Source: Thermoplasmatota archaeon
GTDB lineage: Archaea > Thermoplasmatota > E2 > DHVEG-1
NCBI GenBank assembly: GCA_029907305.1
Contig: JARYMC010000023.1
Coordinates: forward strand, 1-16,097
Direction of reading: 5' to 3'
DNA length: 16,097 nt
The translations under genes and the position numbers were made by a program. Within the stretch, counting starts at the first letter, position 1. Each line of letters starts with the position of its first letter. Under the pieces are notes generated by a model. It was given only the letters and a program-made list of their open reading frames with translations, did no database searches and had not been told where the DNA came from. This document shows, in pieces, positions 1 to 7,852 of the stretch.

Positions 1-120
1 CCTCTGGCGGGTGCGCCTGCCCAGAAGTAAAAATGTTTGTTAGAAGAAAAATAGCGCGATTCATCCCCATGCTAAAGTCTGGGGATTTCTCGCTCACAAA
101 ATGTTAAAGAAAAGATTAAA

Positions 121-138
121 GAGAGGTATTTATTTACC
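121..138 (+). promoter_or_regulatory. Candidate archaeal promoter (BRE-like purine run + TATA-like box) for tRNA-Asp
   Basis: TATTTATTTA at 127-136 is preceded by AAAGAGAGG. The box centre lies about 26 nt upstream of the tRNA 5' end at 157, the usual TBP/TFB spacing. Motif found by eye only. Confidence 0.4.
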
Positions 139-156
139 ACTTAGAAAAAAGTAGCT

Positions 157-229
157 GCCCTGGTAGTGTAGTGGCCTATCATGCGAGCCTGTCGAGCTCG
201 CGACTCGGGTCCGAATCCCGACCGGGGCG
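157..229 (+). tRNA. tRNA-Asp (anticodon GUC), no encoded CCA
   Basis: Cloverleaf folded by hand. Acceptor GCCCTGG/CCGGGGC includes one G-U pair. Anticodon stem is CGAGC/GCTCG with loop CTGTCGA (anticodon GTC). T arm is TCGGG-TCCGAAT-CCCGA. Discriminator is G at 229. The D arm has the AGTGG motif. Confidence 0.93.
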
Positions 230-307
230 TATATCCTTCATATTGTTAGTAAGAAAAGTATAAGTCTTTTTATTTGTTATACTTACTAATGTCTAAGTGG
301 TGAGAGT

Positions 308-2137
308 ATGAAAAGAATTATAACTGGAATAATTGTTTTAACTCTGTTTATTAGTGTTTTTAACTTTTTTTTATCTGAGAATATTTGCATCGCTGGAAAA
401 ACCATATATGTTGATAAAAACGGAGGGGGCAATTATACCACAATTCAGGAGGCGATAGACGCGGCTGACCCTGGTGATAAGATATTTGTTTACAGCGGAA
501 CCTACAATGAACATCTCAAAATCACAAAAAACATAGAACTCGTTGGAGAAAGCAAAGTTTCTGTTATCATAGATGGTAGCGGTGGGGCAAACGAACATGT
601 AGTGTATGCATATGGATCTGATGGAAATGAAATTGAATTTAGGATTTCTGGTTTTACGATAAAAAATGCTCATGGAACCGGATTTGATTGTTTAGCTTTA
701 TCATATGTTAACACTGGTGAAATAAATGATAATAAAATAATGAATAGTGCAAAAAGCGATGGTGTTCAGCTTGACCACTGCAGCGGTGTTACAATAAGTG
801 GAAATACTATAAGCGGTAATACTCAGGGTAGCGGCATAAACCTAGTTGTTTCAACAAACAATGTTATTTCCAATAATCAAATTCAGAATAACCAGATAGG
901 AATCAATCTATATCAATCCCAAAATAATATGATATATAACAACAAATTAAACGGGAATACCCAAAGAGGGATCTCCATCTCTCAATCATCAAATAATGTT
1001 TTTTACAAAAATGATTTCTCGAATAACGGACAAAATGCTTACGATCCTGGTACAAACAACAGCTGGAATTATAATAAGTGGGGTAACTACTGGGATGATT
1101 ACACAGGTAAAGATGACAATGGTGATGGCATCGGTGACACACCATATAATATATCTGGTGGTAGCAATAAAGATATGTGTCCTCTCGGGTATTTTGTTGG
1201 TGAAAATCAAAAACCGGTTGCTTTTATTGATTCTATCAGCCCCACCCCAGCAACAGAGGGACAAACAGTTTCTTTTAATGGGCATGGAACAGATAGTGAT
1301 GGTACAATCATAGAATTTGAGTGGACATCGAGTATAGATGGGCAGATAAGCAATTTGGAAGATTTCACGTATTCAGGTTTATCTGTTGGTACACATACAA
1401 TTAGTTTTCGTGTTAAGGACAACAACGGTGAATGGTCAACACCTGTAACAAAAACACTCACAGTAAATGCTGCCAGCCAGCAAAACCATAAACCAACTGC
1501 TATAATCGTAGCAGTAAAACCAAGTAGTGCAAACTATGGGACAACTATAACGTTTTCAGGTAGAGGAACAGATATAGATGATGATGAAATTATAGAGTAT
1601 AGTTGGAGTTCCAATATAGATGGTTTTTTGAGCGAACAAGCAATATTTACCAAATCTGATCTATCACCTGGAGACCACATAATATCATTTAAAGTAAAAG
1701 ACTCAAAAGGGGCATGGTCTGATGTGGTTACAACAGGTCTCACAATAAAACAGATATCACACCAAAATAACCCACCTATAGCAGATGCCGGTGGACCTTA
1801 TTCAGGGGTTGTGAATGTTTCTTTGTCTTTTAATGGATCAAATAGTCACGACCCTGATGATGGGGATAATATAGTATCCTATTTATGGGATTTCGGTGAT
1901 TACACAAATAGTACAACAGTAAACCCAACTCACGTTTACTCCCGAGCGGGAAACTACACTGTAACCCTAACTGTGACTGATAGCCATGGAAGTAAAAATA
2001 CGAGCTCAACTTATGCAAGCATTACACAATCAAACAACCAGAATAAAGACAACGCCGGTAAGACACCGGGTTTTGAATTTTTATTTATAGTTATAGCTAT
2101 AGGTTTTATTTTATTGTGGAAAAAAACTTTTGGGTAA
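308..2137 (+). CDS. Secreted right-handed beta-helix (NosD/PbH1-type) surface protein with three PKD/Ig-like domains and a PGF-CTERM anchor signal
   Basis: 609-aa ORF with GGTGA Shine-Dalgarno at 298-302 and N-terminal signal peptide MKRIITGIIVLTLFISVFNFF. Typical beta-helix start IYVDKNGGGNYTTIQEAIDAADPGDKIFVYSGTY, then repeated SGNTI/SNNQI/NNKL turns and GNYWDDYTGKDDNGDGIGDTPY. Three PKD-like domains follow; the third has WDFGD. C-terminus is GKTPGFEFLFIVIAIGFILLWKK. Confidence 0.93.
   Translation: MKRIITGIIVLTLFISVFNFFLSENICIAGKTIYVDKNGGGNYTTIQEAIDAADPGDKIFVYSGTYNEHLKITKNIELVGESKVSVIIDGSGGANEHVVYAYGSDGNEIEFRISGFTIKNAHGTGFDCLALSYVNTGEINDNKIMNSAKSDGVQLDHCSGVTISGNTISGNTQGSGINLVVSTNNVISNNQIQNNQIGINLYQSQNNMIYNNKLNGNTQRGISISQSSNNVFYKNDFSNNGQNAYDPGTNNSWNYNKWGNYWDDYTGKDDNGDGIGDTPYNISGGSNKDMCPLGYFVGENQKPVAFIDSISPTPATEGQTVSFNGHGTDSDGTIIEFEWTSSIDGQISNLEDFTYSGLSVGTHTISFRVKDNNGEWSTPVTKTLTVNAASQQNHKPTAIIVAVKPSSANYGTTITFSGRGTDIDDDEIIEYSWSSNIDGFLSEQAIFTKSDLSPGDHIISFKVKDSKGAWSDVVTTGLTIKQISHQNNPPIADAGGPYSGVVNVSLSFNGSNSHDPDDGDNIVSYLWDFGDYTNSTTVNPTHVYSRAGNYTVTLTVTDSHGSKNTSSTYASITQSNNQNKDNAGKTPGFEFLFIVIAIGFILLWKKTFG
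1211..2026 (+). repeat. Three tandem PKD/Ig-like domain repeats (protein level, about 85 aa each)
   Basis: Units at aa 302-387, 395-481 and 489-573 share the pattern xVxFxGxGxDxDGxIxxYxWxSxxDGxL...GxHxIxxxVxDxxGxWS. The third is a canonical PKD domain (SYLWDFGD...HVYSRAGNYTVTLTVTD). The DNA copies are diverged. Confidence 0.8.
2063..2134 (+). other. PGF-CTERM archaeosortase-A-type sorting signal (C-terminal 24 aa)
   Basis: A Pro-Gly-Phe motif (TPGFEF) is followed by a hydrophobic helix (LFIVIAIGFILLW) and a basic tail (KK), preceded by a polar N/Q/S-rich linker. This is the PGF-CTERM tripartite layout. Confidence 0.8.
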
Positions 2138-2191
2138 ATATACCAAAAAAAGAAAAAATAGGTTGGTAGAGATGTTTTGTTTCACCGAGTT

Positions 2192-2200
2192 AAAAAAAAA
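2192..2200 (-). terminator. Oligo-T (T9) archaeal terminator directly after the S8 peptidase stop codon
   Basis: The plus strand is A9 at 2192-2200, so the minus strand reads TGA-TTTTTTTTT. Archaeal RNAP terminates at oligo-T tracts. The convergent plus-strand gene has GTTTTGTTT at 2174-2183. Confidence 0.45.
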
Positions 2201-4354
2201 TCATCTGTAGAGTTTGATATTGCGTTCAAGTAGTGAAAACAAATGCCATAGGACTGGGAAACGCTGGAGGATTTTGTTTAATATCGGATGCATAAATGTT
2301 CTAGGTGTTGTTAACTCCACTGGTATATCTACATAGTCACTTGGGTTTTCTGTGTTAACGATTTTTACTACACCTGAGAATATTTTCTCTGATAGTGTAG
2401 GTGCAACAACTGTTACATGGACATCAACTAACGACCCTGGTTTAAGACCTGTGCCGCTTGATGGGCTAAAACTCCATGTTCCCCACTCTGGCCACCCAGC
2501 TATCTTCCAGCTTAGCTTGTTTTGACCATATGGATCTGGATTACCGATGTTTTCAACATAAATGTCTGATGTCACTGTTGACCCTGGTGATATCCCCCTC
2601 CAGGTAAGGTCACCATATGCGTTAAGATTTGGTTGTGAGGGCTCATAATCATCTGATATTTTAAACCAGACTTTGGCATCGTTTTCATCTGTAGTAGTGC
2701 TACCATCGTCTTCACCGTTGGTGGTAAGATACCCACCTTCCTGCCTAACTGTATCACCAGTGAGTTTGTTAGTCGCAATGTTATAAGTCCCCTGGTATAT
2801 AGCTCCTCTAACATCATCTATTGAGTTGTCTACTCCACCACCAGGGTATGCGCTCACATCAGCTAAATCATCAGCTCCACCCTCTATTATACCATCGTGT
2901 TCCATGAGCTTGATTTTTATCTGAACCTCAAGGTTTTTTGCATCAAAAACATAGTCTTTATCTGGCGTCCATGTGTCTTCGTTGTTCCAGTCGAAAATCC
3001 ACCAACCAGGTAGTATCTCCACATCTTGACCATTATATTCAAAGATAGCATTATCGTCAACGCTAACCCGATAGTACCACTCTGCCTGTCCACCAGTAAC
3101 CCAGTCGATTGGATCTATTTTCTCCACCTTATATATCTTTACTGTTACCTTTGACCAGTTACTAGGTCCTCCTCCGCCACCAAGTGAGGCATCAACAAGA
3201 CCATAACCAAAGTATTGATCCCAACCTGTTTGACCTAGATCCTCGGCTGTGTCCCTAAGTTTTTGTCTAATCCAAACATTGTTCTGAGATGGATACAATG
3301 ACTTAGCAAGCGCAGCAACACCAGCTACATGAGGACACGCCATAGAGGTACCAGTGAAGAACTTATACTCGTTACCAGGTATCGATGATACAACACGGTA
3401 ACCTGGTGCCATAAGCTCCAAGTCTTCACCATAGTTACTAAAACTACATCTATTATCACTTGTATCAATAGCACCAACAGCTATAACAGTAGGATAAGCA
3501 GCAGGGTAACTAACATGGGATTGACCATCGTTACCCGCAGCAGCAACCACTACAACACCCTTCGTGTTATATGCATAATCACAGGCATCCTGGATAACAG
3601 AAGACGGGCTGTTACTACCAAGACTCATACTGATAATATCAGCACCGTTGTCAGCAGCATGTGTTATACCACTAGCCACATTAGATGAACTACCTGAGCC
3701 ACCTGCACTGAGAACCTTCTCAGCCATAACCTTAACCTGGGCTACACCAGCGATACCCTTGTTGTTGTTCATAACCGCAGCAGCTATACCAGCACAATGC
3801 GTCCCATGGTCATTATCATCCATCGGATCATTATCGTTGTTAACCCAGTCGTAACCCCCAGAAACATAGTTACCAGAGATATCCTCATGATTATAATCGA
3901 TACCGGTGTCCACAATAGCTATTTTTACATTGCTGCTACCAGTCCCAGCATCCCATGCTTTTTCACAATGAATCCTCTTAGGACCCCACTGCTGACCCCA
4001 AAGAGGATCATTAGGTGTGAGAAAAGCATGAACTAGATAATTAAGCTCAGCGTATTTAACATAAGGAGAACCAATAACACTATTGATGAATGATTGTTCC
4101 TCCCCTTCGTTAACACTGATTACAGCAGCGTTTAAAACAACAATTTTCTGTTTGATGTTATGCCCATTAAAACTGTTGATGTACTCAACATTTATTGGCT
4201 CTAAACCATCTAGTTGTTTGTGGAAACCTACAACAACCTCACCAGGCACATAATCAACTGTAGCATTGTTGTCCCCATTTTGTGTAGCAACAGCCCCAAA
4301 ACCACTAGCAACCATCAACAAAATGATGGTTGATACCACAATTTTCTCTCTCAT
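2201..4354 (-). CDS. Secreted subtilisin-like serine peptidase (family S8) with I9-type propeptide and a 283-aa C-terminal module plus tail
   Basis: Catalytic triad motifs are IAIVDTGID (Asp codon 3908-3910), DHGTHCAG (His 3806-3808) and GTSMACPHVAG (Ser 3344-3346). An I9-like propeptide (YVPGEVVVGF...YVKYAELNYLVHA) and signal peptide MREKIVVSTIILLMVASGFGAVA are present. The ORF track starts at 4372, but ATG 4352-4354 has GGAGGT (4364-4369) 9 nt upstream, so I call the start at 4354. Confidence 0.93.
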   Translation of the reverse strand: MREKIVVSTIILLMVASGFGAVATQNGDNNATVDYVPGEVVVGFHKQLDGLEPINVEYINSFNGHNIKQKIVVLNAAVISVNEGEEQSFINSVIGSPYVKYAELNYLVHAFLTPNDPLWGQQWGPKRIHCEKAWDAGTGSSNVKIAIVDTGIDYNHEDISGNYVSGGYDWVNNDNDPMDDNDHGTHCAGIAAAVMNNNKGIAGVAQVKVMAEKVLSAGGSGSSSNVASGITHAADNGADIISMSLGSNSPSSVIQDACDYAYNTKGVVVVAAAGNDGQSHVSYPAAYPTVIAVGAIDTSDNRCSFSNYGEDLELMAPGYRVVSSIPGNEYKFFTGTSMACPHVAGVAALAKSLYPSQNNVWIRQKLRDTAEDLGQTGWDQYFGYGLVDASLGGGGGPSNWSKVTVKIYKVEKIDPIDWVTGGQAEWYYRVSVDDNAIFEYNGQDVEILPGWWIFDWNNEDTWTPDKDYVFDAKNLEVQIKIKLMEHDGIIEGGADDLADVSAYPGGGVDNSIDDVRGAIYQGTYNIATNKLTGDTVRQEGGYLTTNGEDDGSTTTDENDAKVWFKISDDYEPSQPNLNAYGDLTWRGISPGSTVTSDIYVENIGNPDPYGQNKLSWKIAGWPEWGTWSFSPSSGTGLKPGSLVDVHVTVVAPTLSEKIFSGVVKIVNTENPSDYVDIPVELTTPRTFMHPILNKILQRFPVLWHLFSLLERNIKLYR

Positions 4355-4385
4355 TTTTTTTAGACCTCCCATTTTTTCAAATTAC

Positions 4386-6203
4386 TCATAATTTAATTAC
4401 CTCTTTATTTAATATCCTGCTGGTATCAAAAAATAAACTAGAGAAAAGAAACCGTGAAACCTGTGGTCTCTGTAAATAATTGACAAAAAACATTTGATTT
4501 GATATATCCCGCGGTACAGTTATTGACACAGTGATATCCTGGTTCCCCCCATTTGAAGTAAGTTTAAGAACCCCACTGTAATCATCTTGTTGCATATCAC
4601 CAGTGTTTACTGTAACCACAACTTCTTTCTTCTGACCAGCAGATAATGAGCCTGACGACGGGTTTACTGCATCAACCCAGGAAGGCTTGGTTATACTCCA
4701 ATCAAGTTTTCTATTTGGGTTAAATGGATCGGGTTCTGCTGTGTTTTCGATGATTAACGTTGCTGTTACAGTCTCTCCTTGCCCAACTGAACCGAAACTA
4801 ATCGAAGTCGGATAAACTTTTAATTTTGGCTTATAATCATCATTATTATAGGTGTCTGTGATTTTAAACAGAATTTTTGCATCATTTTGATCACCTGATT
4901 CACCATCTAGTTCCCCTGTGATAACATAGTAACCACTCTCTGTTGTGAAATCATCTCCGCTAAGAGTATCAGTCTCTAGGTTATATGCCCCATGATAAAC
5001 TGCCCCTCGTCTTTCTCCGTTTAACCATTCATCAAACAAGAAATTATCAGCTCCACCACCTGGATGACTACTGATATCAGCTAGGTCATCGAGGAATAAA
5101 TCGTCCTCCATCAACTTAATTTGAATGTCAACAACTGGGTCGATGACTTTAACGACGTAATTTTTATTTGGAGTCCAAGTAACTTGGTTTTCTGGACCGA
5201 TTTCAGTTGTAACAAAAGCTACATCTTTTGAAAACATTCTGATTGTATAATACCAGTCTGGGTCATCACCTGGCCATCCCTCTATGGAATCTTGTTCAAT
5301 AACTTGGTATATGTTTACTGTCACTGTTATATCACTGCTAACACCGCCACCAATGATCGTAACCTCACTATTAGGATCTCCATCATACATCTGTGGGTGC
5401 TGAGAGGACATATAATTTGTGGTTTTTGGTTGCGCGTAATTAAATGTTTCCTCAGCGGTAATAACACCATCGTTGTTGCCCTGTTGGTCAGCATTCCCCC
5501 GGAAACCTTCTATAACAAAGTAGCTGAAGACACCACTTTTTAGTTCATCGGTTTCATATGAATATTCATTCGCTGCACAAGCCATCAGAATAACACGGTT
5601 TTCATTCCCAGCACCTAAAGTCTGTAAAAAGTTGGTGATAAAATCATCTGCGTTGAAATTAAAACCTGGTGGACCCATACCACCACTGTAACAGGTGTCT
5701 AGTATAACTACGACCCTGCCGTTGAAATTGTTTAGTATACCATTAAGCTCGGTATCATACATGTATGAGTCGTAGCAGCAGATTGCTTCACCATTACCAT
5801 CTTTTGTTCCGTGGCCGCTAAAGAAAAACAGTGATACGCTACTTGAAGTTGTTTGTCCTGCTATTTCATTTAATTTATTTGTTATAGCACCTTCTGTGCC
5901 TTGGCTGTCAATAAAAATAGTTATGTCGTTTTCATTCCACCCATTTTGTTTAAGAACTTCTCTCATCCCACGGGCATCGTCATCAGTGTATTGTAGATCT
6001 GGCCCACCTGGCCCAGCAGGGGGGTAATCAGCTACTCCAACAACTAGTGCTTTTCTTCCTCCAGCTAGAGATTCTACATTTAAAATATTATCACTGTTTT
6101 TATTCACAACATGTTGTGTGCTAACTTGACCAGCTGCCCCAAAACTTCCTAAAACCATTAGGATAACGATGGTTAAAGACAATATTTCCCCATTCATCTC
6201 CAT
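4386..6203 (-). CDS. Secreted clan-CD cysteine peptidase, caspase-like (C14 orthocaspase/metacaspase-type) with a 274-aa C-terminal module plus tail
   Basis: KALVVGVADY..., FFFSGHGT (His codon 5811-5813) and VVVILDTCYSGG (Cys 5691-5693) form the His/Cys dyad in caspase-fold order. GVFSYFVIEGFRGNAD..NDGVITAEE is typical of prokaryotic C14 proteins. Signal peptide is present. The track start at 6209 is a GTG. ATG 6201-6203 has GGAG 5 nt upstream, so the start is 6203 or 6209. The gap to the S8 gene is only 13-31 nt, so the two are probably co-transcribed. Confidence 0.88.
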   Translation of the reverse strand: MEMNGEILSLTIVILMVLGSFGAAGQVSTQHVVNKNSDNILNVESLAGGRKALVVGVADYPPAGPGGPDLQYTDDDARGMREVLKQNGWNENDITIFIDSQGTEGAITNKLNEIAGQTTSSSVSLFFFSGHGTKDGNGEAICCYDSYMYDTELNGILNNFNGRVVVILDTCYSGGMGPPGFNFNADDFITNFLQTLGAGNENRVILMACAANEYSYETDELKSGVFSYFVIEGFRGNADQQGNNDGVITAEETFNYAQPKTTNYMSSQHPQMYDGDPNSEVTIIGGGVSSDITVTVNIYQVIEQDSIEGWPGDDPDWYYTIRMFSKDVAFVTTEIGPENQVTWTPNKNYVVKVIDPVVDIQIKLMEDDLFLDDLADISSHPGGGADNFLFDEWLNGERRGAVYHGAYNLETDTLSGDDFTTESGYYVITGELDGESGDQNDAKILFKITDTYNNDDYKPKLKVYPTSISFGSVGQGETVTATLIIENTAEPDPFNPNRKLDWSITKPSWVDAVNPSSGSLSAGQKKEVVVTVNTGDMQQDDYSGVLKLTSNGGNQDITVSITVPRDISNQMFFVNYLQRPQVSRFLFSSLFFDTSRILNKEVIKL

Positions 6204-6250
6204 AGACACTCCACTCGCTTTAAATAACAGCCGATATATATATGAAATTG

Positions 6251-6266
6251 TATATAAATAATTTTT
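6251..6266 (-). promoter_or_regulatory. Candidate promoter (TTTATATA TATA box + A-rich BRE) for the C14-S8 gene pair
   Basis: The minus strand reads AAAAATTA-TTTATATA (TATA at 6251-6258), matching the archaeal TTTAWATA consensus. The predicted TSS near 6225 leaves a short leader containing the GGAG SD. Confidence 0.4.
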
Positions 6267-6269
6267 GTT

Positions 6270-6282
6270 AAAAACAAAAAAA
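6270..6282 (-). terminator. Oligo-T tracts (T7, G, T5) just after the C25 peptidase stop
   Basis: The minus strand reads TAA-A-TTTTTTT-G-TTTTT immediately downstream of the stop at 6284-6286. Confidence 0.45.
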
Positions 6283-6283
6283 T

Positions 6284-7699
6284 TTAATTAGTGCATCCAC
6301 CGATTTTAAGACTGGGATCACCAAGAAGAGTCCACTGCTGAACAGTTTTACAGTCACTGCGGTCATTATGCACATCAAATTCATTGATATAGTCTCTTAT
6401 AACCTGGGTGTGCAACTCACCAAGAATATCTACGCCATTGACTGAATACTCATAAAATAACTTGGGTTCTATCCAACCAGCAAGACCATTCAAAGTATAG
6501 TTACCAAAATAACAAAAACCTAACCCGGTGTTACCTATAGCTGCTATAGCACCACCGTTACGACAACTAACCAGTCGCCAACCAAGACACTCAGGTATCC
6601 ATTCAAACTTCCAAAAAGAACCAGACTCGTCCTCAGAGGATTTAAAATAAGATAAACCCTCTTTACTAAAATCCCTCAATATGTTAAAAGGGCTGGTATC
6701 GAACATATTATTGTGGCAACCACCAATTATAAAAATTGGTAGTTTCTCACCGTTTCTAATACTACGAACCTGAAAAGTAAAAAGTAAATCCATCCATATA
6801 GTATCATTATCAACAGGATGGGTAGACCAAACCAACGGGGTTCCATGACCTGAGATATGAACAAAACCAGCACCTTTCCTAATCGCTGTGACTAGATCAC
6901 GGCTTTTTTTTAAACTCCCATCAGAAACCCATAGGCGAGTAATATTAAAATTGATAGCCCTCATATAACTAGATGAGAGATCAGTGATAGCCTCACCCTC
7001 ATAAACACCATCCTGATCAAGGGGAACAGTATCACCACCAGCGATTATCATATTTTTAAACCAGCTCCCACTGGAAGCCCTGGTCTCATAGTTGATTATT
7101 TTCTTAACAACGGTTCTAACCTCAAACAGGTTTCTACAGGCAAGACGCCCAACACATACATCAGGATAAAGATCGAGGACGTCTTTCACCGATGAGTCCC
7201 AGTTCCACTCAGCAAAAACATTGTTACCATTAGAGTCCCAGTCATCAAAAACCAGTTTACCATCCCCATCCATCTTGTAGATATCAGCGTAGTAAAGATC
7301 ACTTATGTATCTTATATCCCAATCCTGACGATCATCTAAATTAGAATATCTCACTGGTACATACCAGCTTTGCCTACCGGTTTTCATACCACCAACAAGA
7401 AGAACATATTTTATACCCCATGTTTCCAAAGCATCTTTTATGAAGTATTTTATCTGCTCAGGTTTATCCCTACCAACATAACCTCTATAGATTTCGTCTG
7501 TTGTTTTTAAAATGGTTTTGACACCAACATTGTTTTTATGTTTAACAAGAGGAGAAAGCAGTTTTGAAAACTCTTTTGGCGCTATGATAACAAGATCATA
7601 TGAATCAGATGATTTCGAAGATTGTTTAACCGCATTAGTATTTATATTAGAAAGCATCAAAAGGATTAAAACTAATGATATTAGTACTAGGTATCTCAT
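6284..7699 (-). CDS. Secreted clan-CD cysteine peptidase, gingipain-like (family C25)
   Basis: C25-type N-terminal region is YDLVIIAPKEFSKLLSPLVKHKNNVGVKT...GRDKPEQIKYFIKDA...YVLLVGG, followed by VCVGRLACRN...IINYE. His motif is FVHISGHGTP (His codon 6845-6847) and Cys motif is IFIIGGCHNNMF (Cys 6716-6718). It ends LLGDPSLKI. Signal peptide is MRYLVLISLVLILLMLS. GGGAGGT lies at 7713-7719. Confidence 0.88.
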   Translation of the reverse strand: MRYLVLISLVLILLMLSNINTNAVKQSSKSSDSYDLVIIAPKEFSKLLSPLVKHKNNVGVKTILKTTDEIYRGYVGRDKPEQIKYFIKDALETWGIKYVLLVGGMKTGRQSWYVPVRYSNLDDRQDWDIRYISDLYYADIYKMDGDGKLVFDDWDSNGNNVFAEWNWDSSVKDVLDLYPDVCVGRLACRNLFEVRTVVKKIINYETRASSGSWFKNMIIAGGDTVPLDQDGVYEGEAITDLSSSYMRAINFNITRLWVSDGSLKKSRDLVTAIRKGAGFVHISGHGTPLVWSTHPVDNDTIWMDLLFTFQVRSIRNGEKLPIFIIGGCHNNMFDTSPFNILRDFSKEGLSYFKSSEDESGSFWKFEWIPECLGWRLVSCRNGGAIAAIGNTGLGFCYFGNYTLNGLAGWIEPKLFYEYSVNGVDILGELHTQVIRDYINEFDVHNDRSDCKTVQQWTLLGDPSLKIGGCTN

Positions 7700-7754
7700 A
7701 AACTAGTTTTTTACCTCCCTGAGATTAAAAGATGTTTTATAATAAAAACTGTGT

Positions 7755-7764
7755 TATTTAAATA
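7755..7764 (-). promoter_or_regulatory. Candidate TATA box for the C25 peptidase gene
   Basis: The minus strand reads TATTTAAATA. The predicted TSS near 7734 gives a leader of about 35 nt that includes the SD at 7713-7719. Confidence 0.35.
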
Positions 7765-7811
7765 TTCGCATGTATCTATAACCATGTTGTTTGTCTGATA
7801 AAATCTAGATT

Positions 7812-7833
7812 AAAAAAATGGGATAAAAAGAAA
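7812..7833 (-). terminator. Oligo-T tracts downstream of the 941-aa gene
   Basis: The minus strand reads TTTCTTTTTATCCCATTTTTTT, starting about 20 nt after the stop at 7853-7855. Confidence 0.4.
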
Positions 7834-7852
7834 TAGATTTTATTAAAAGGGA

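Noticed and set aside
1-90. A GC-rich hairpin at the window edge (TCTGGCGGG-UGCG-CCUGCCCAGA, 3-25) and a second hairpin ATCCCCA-10nt-TGGGGAT (63-86) followed by TTTCT.
   Set aside because: The first may be the 3' end of a structured RNA or a gene truncated by the window, and the second a weak terminator. With only 25-90 nt and no recognisable family motif, neither can be assigned. Noted only.
157-2137. tRNA-Asp as an integration site marking the secretome island as a mobile or integrated element.
   Set aside because: There is no integrase, transposase or phage-like gene in the window. I could find no direct repeat of the tRNA 3' half elsewhere in it. Composition of the island matches the rest of the coding DNA.
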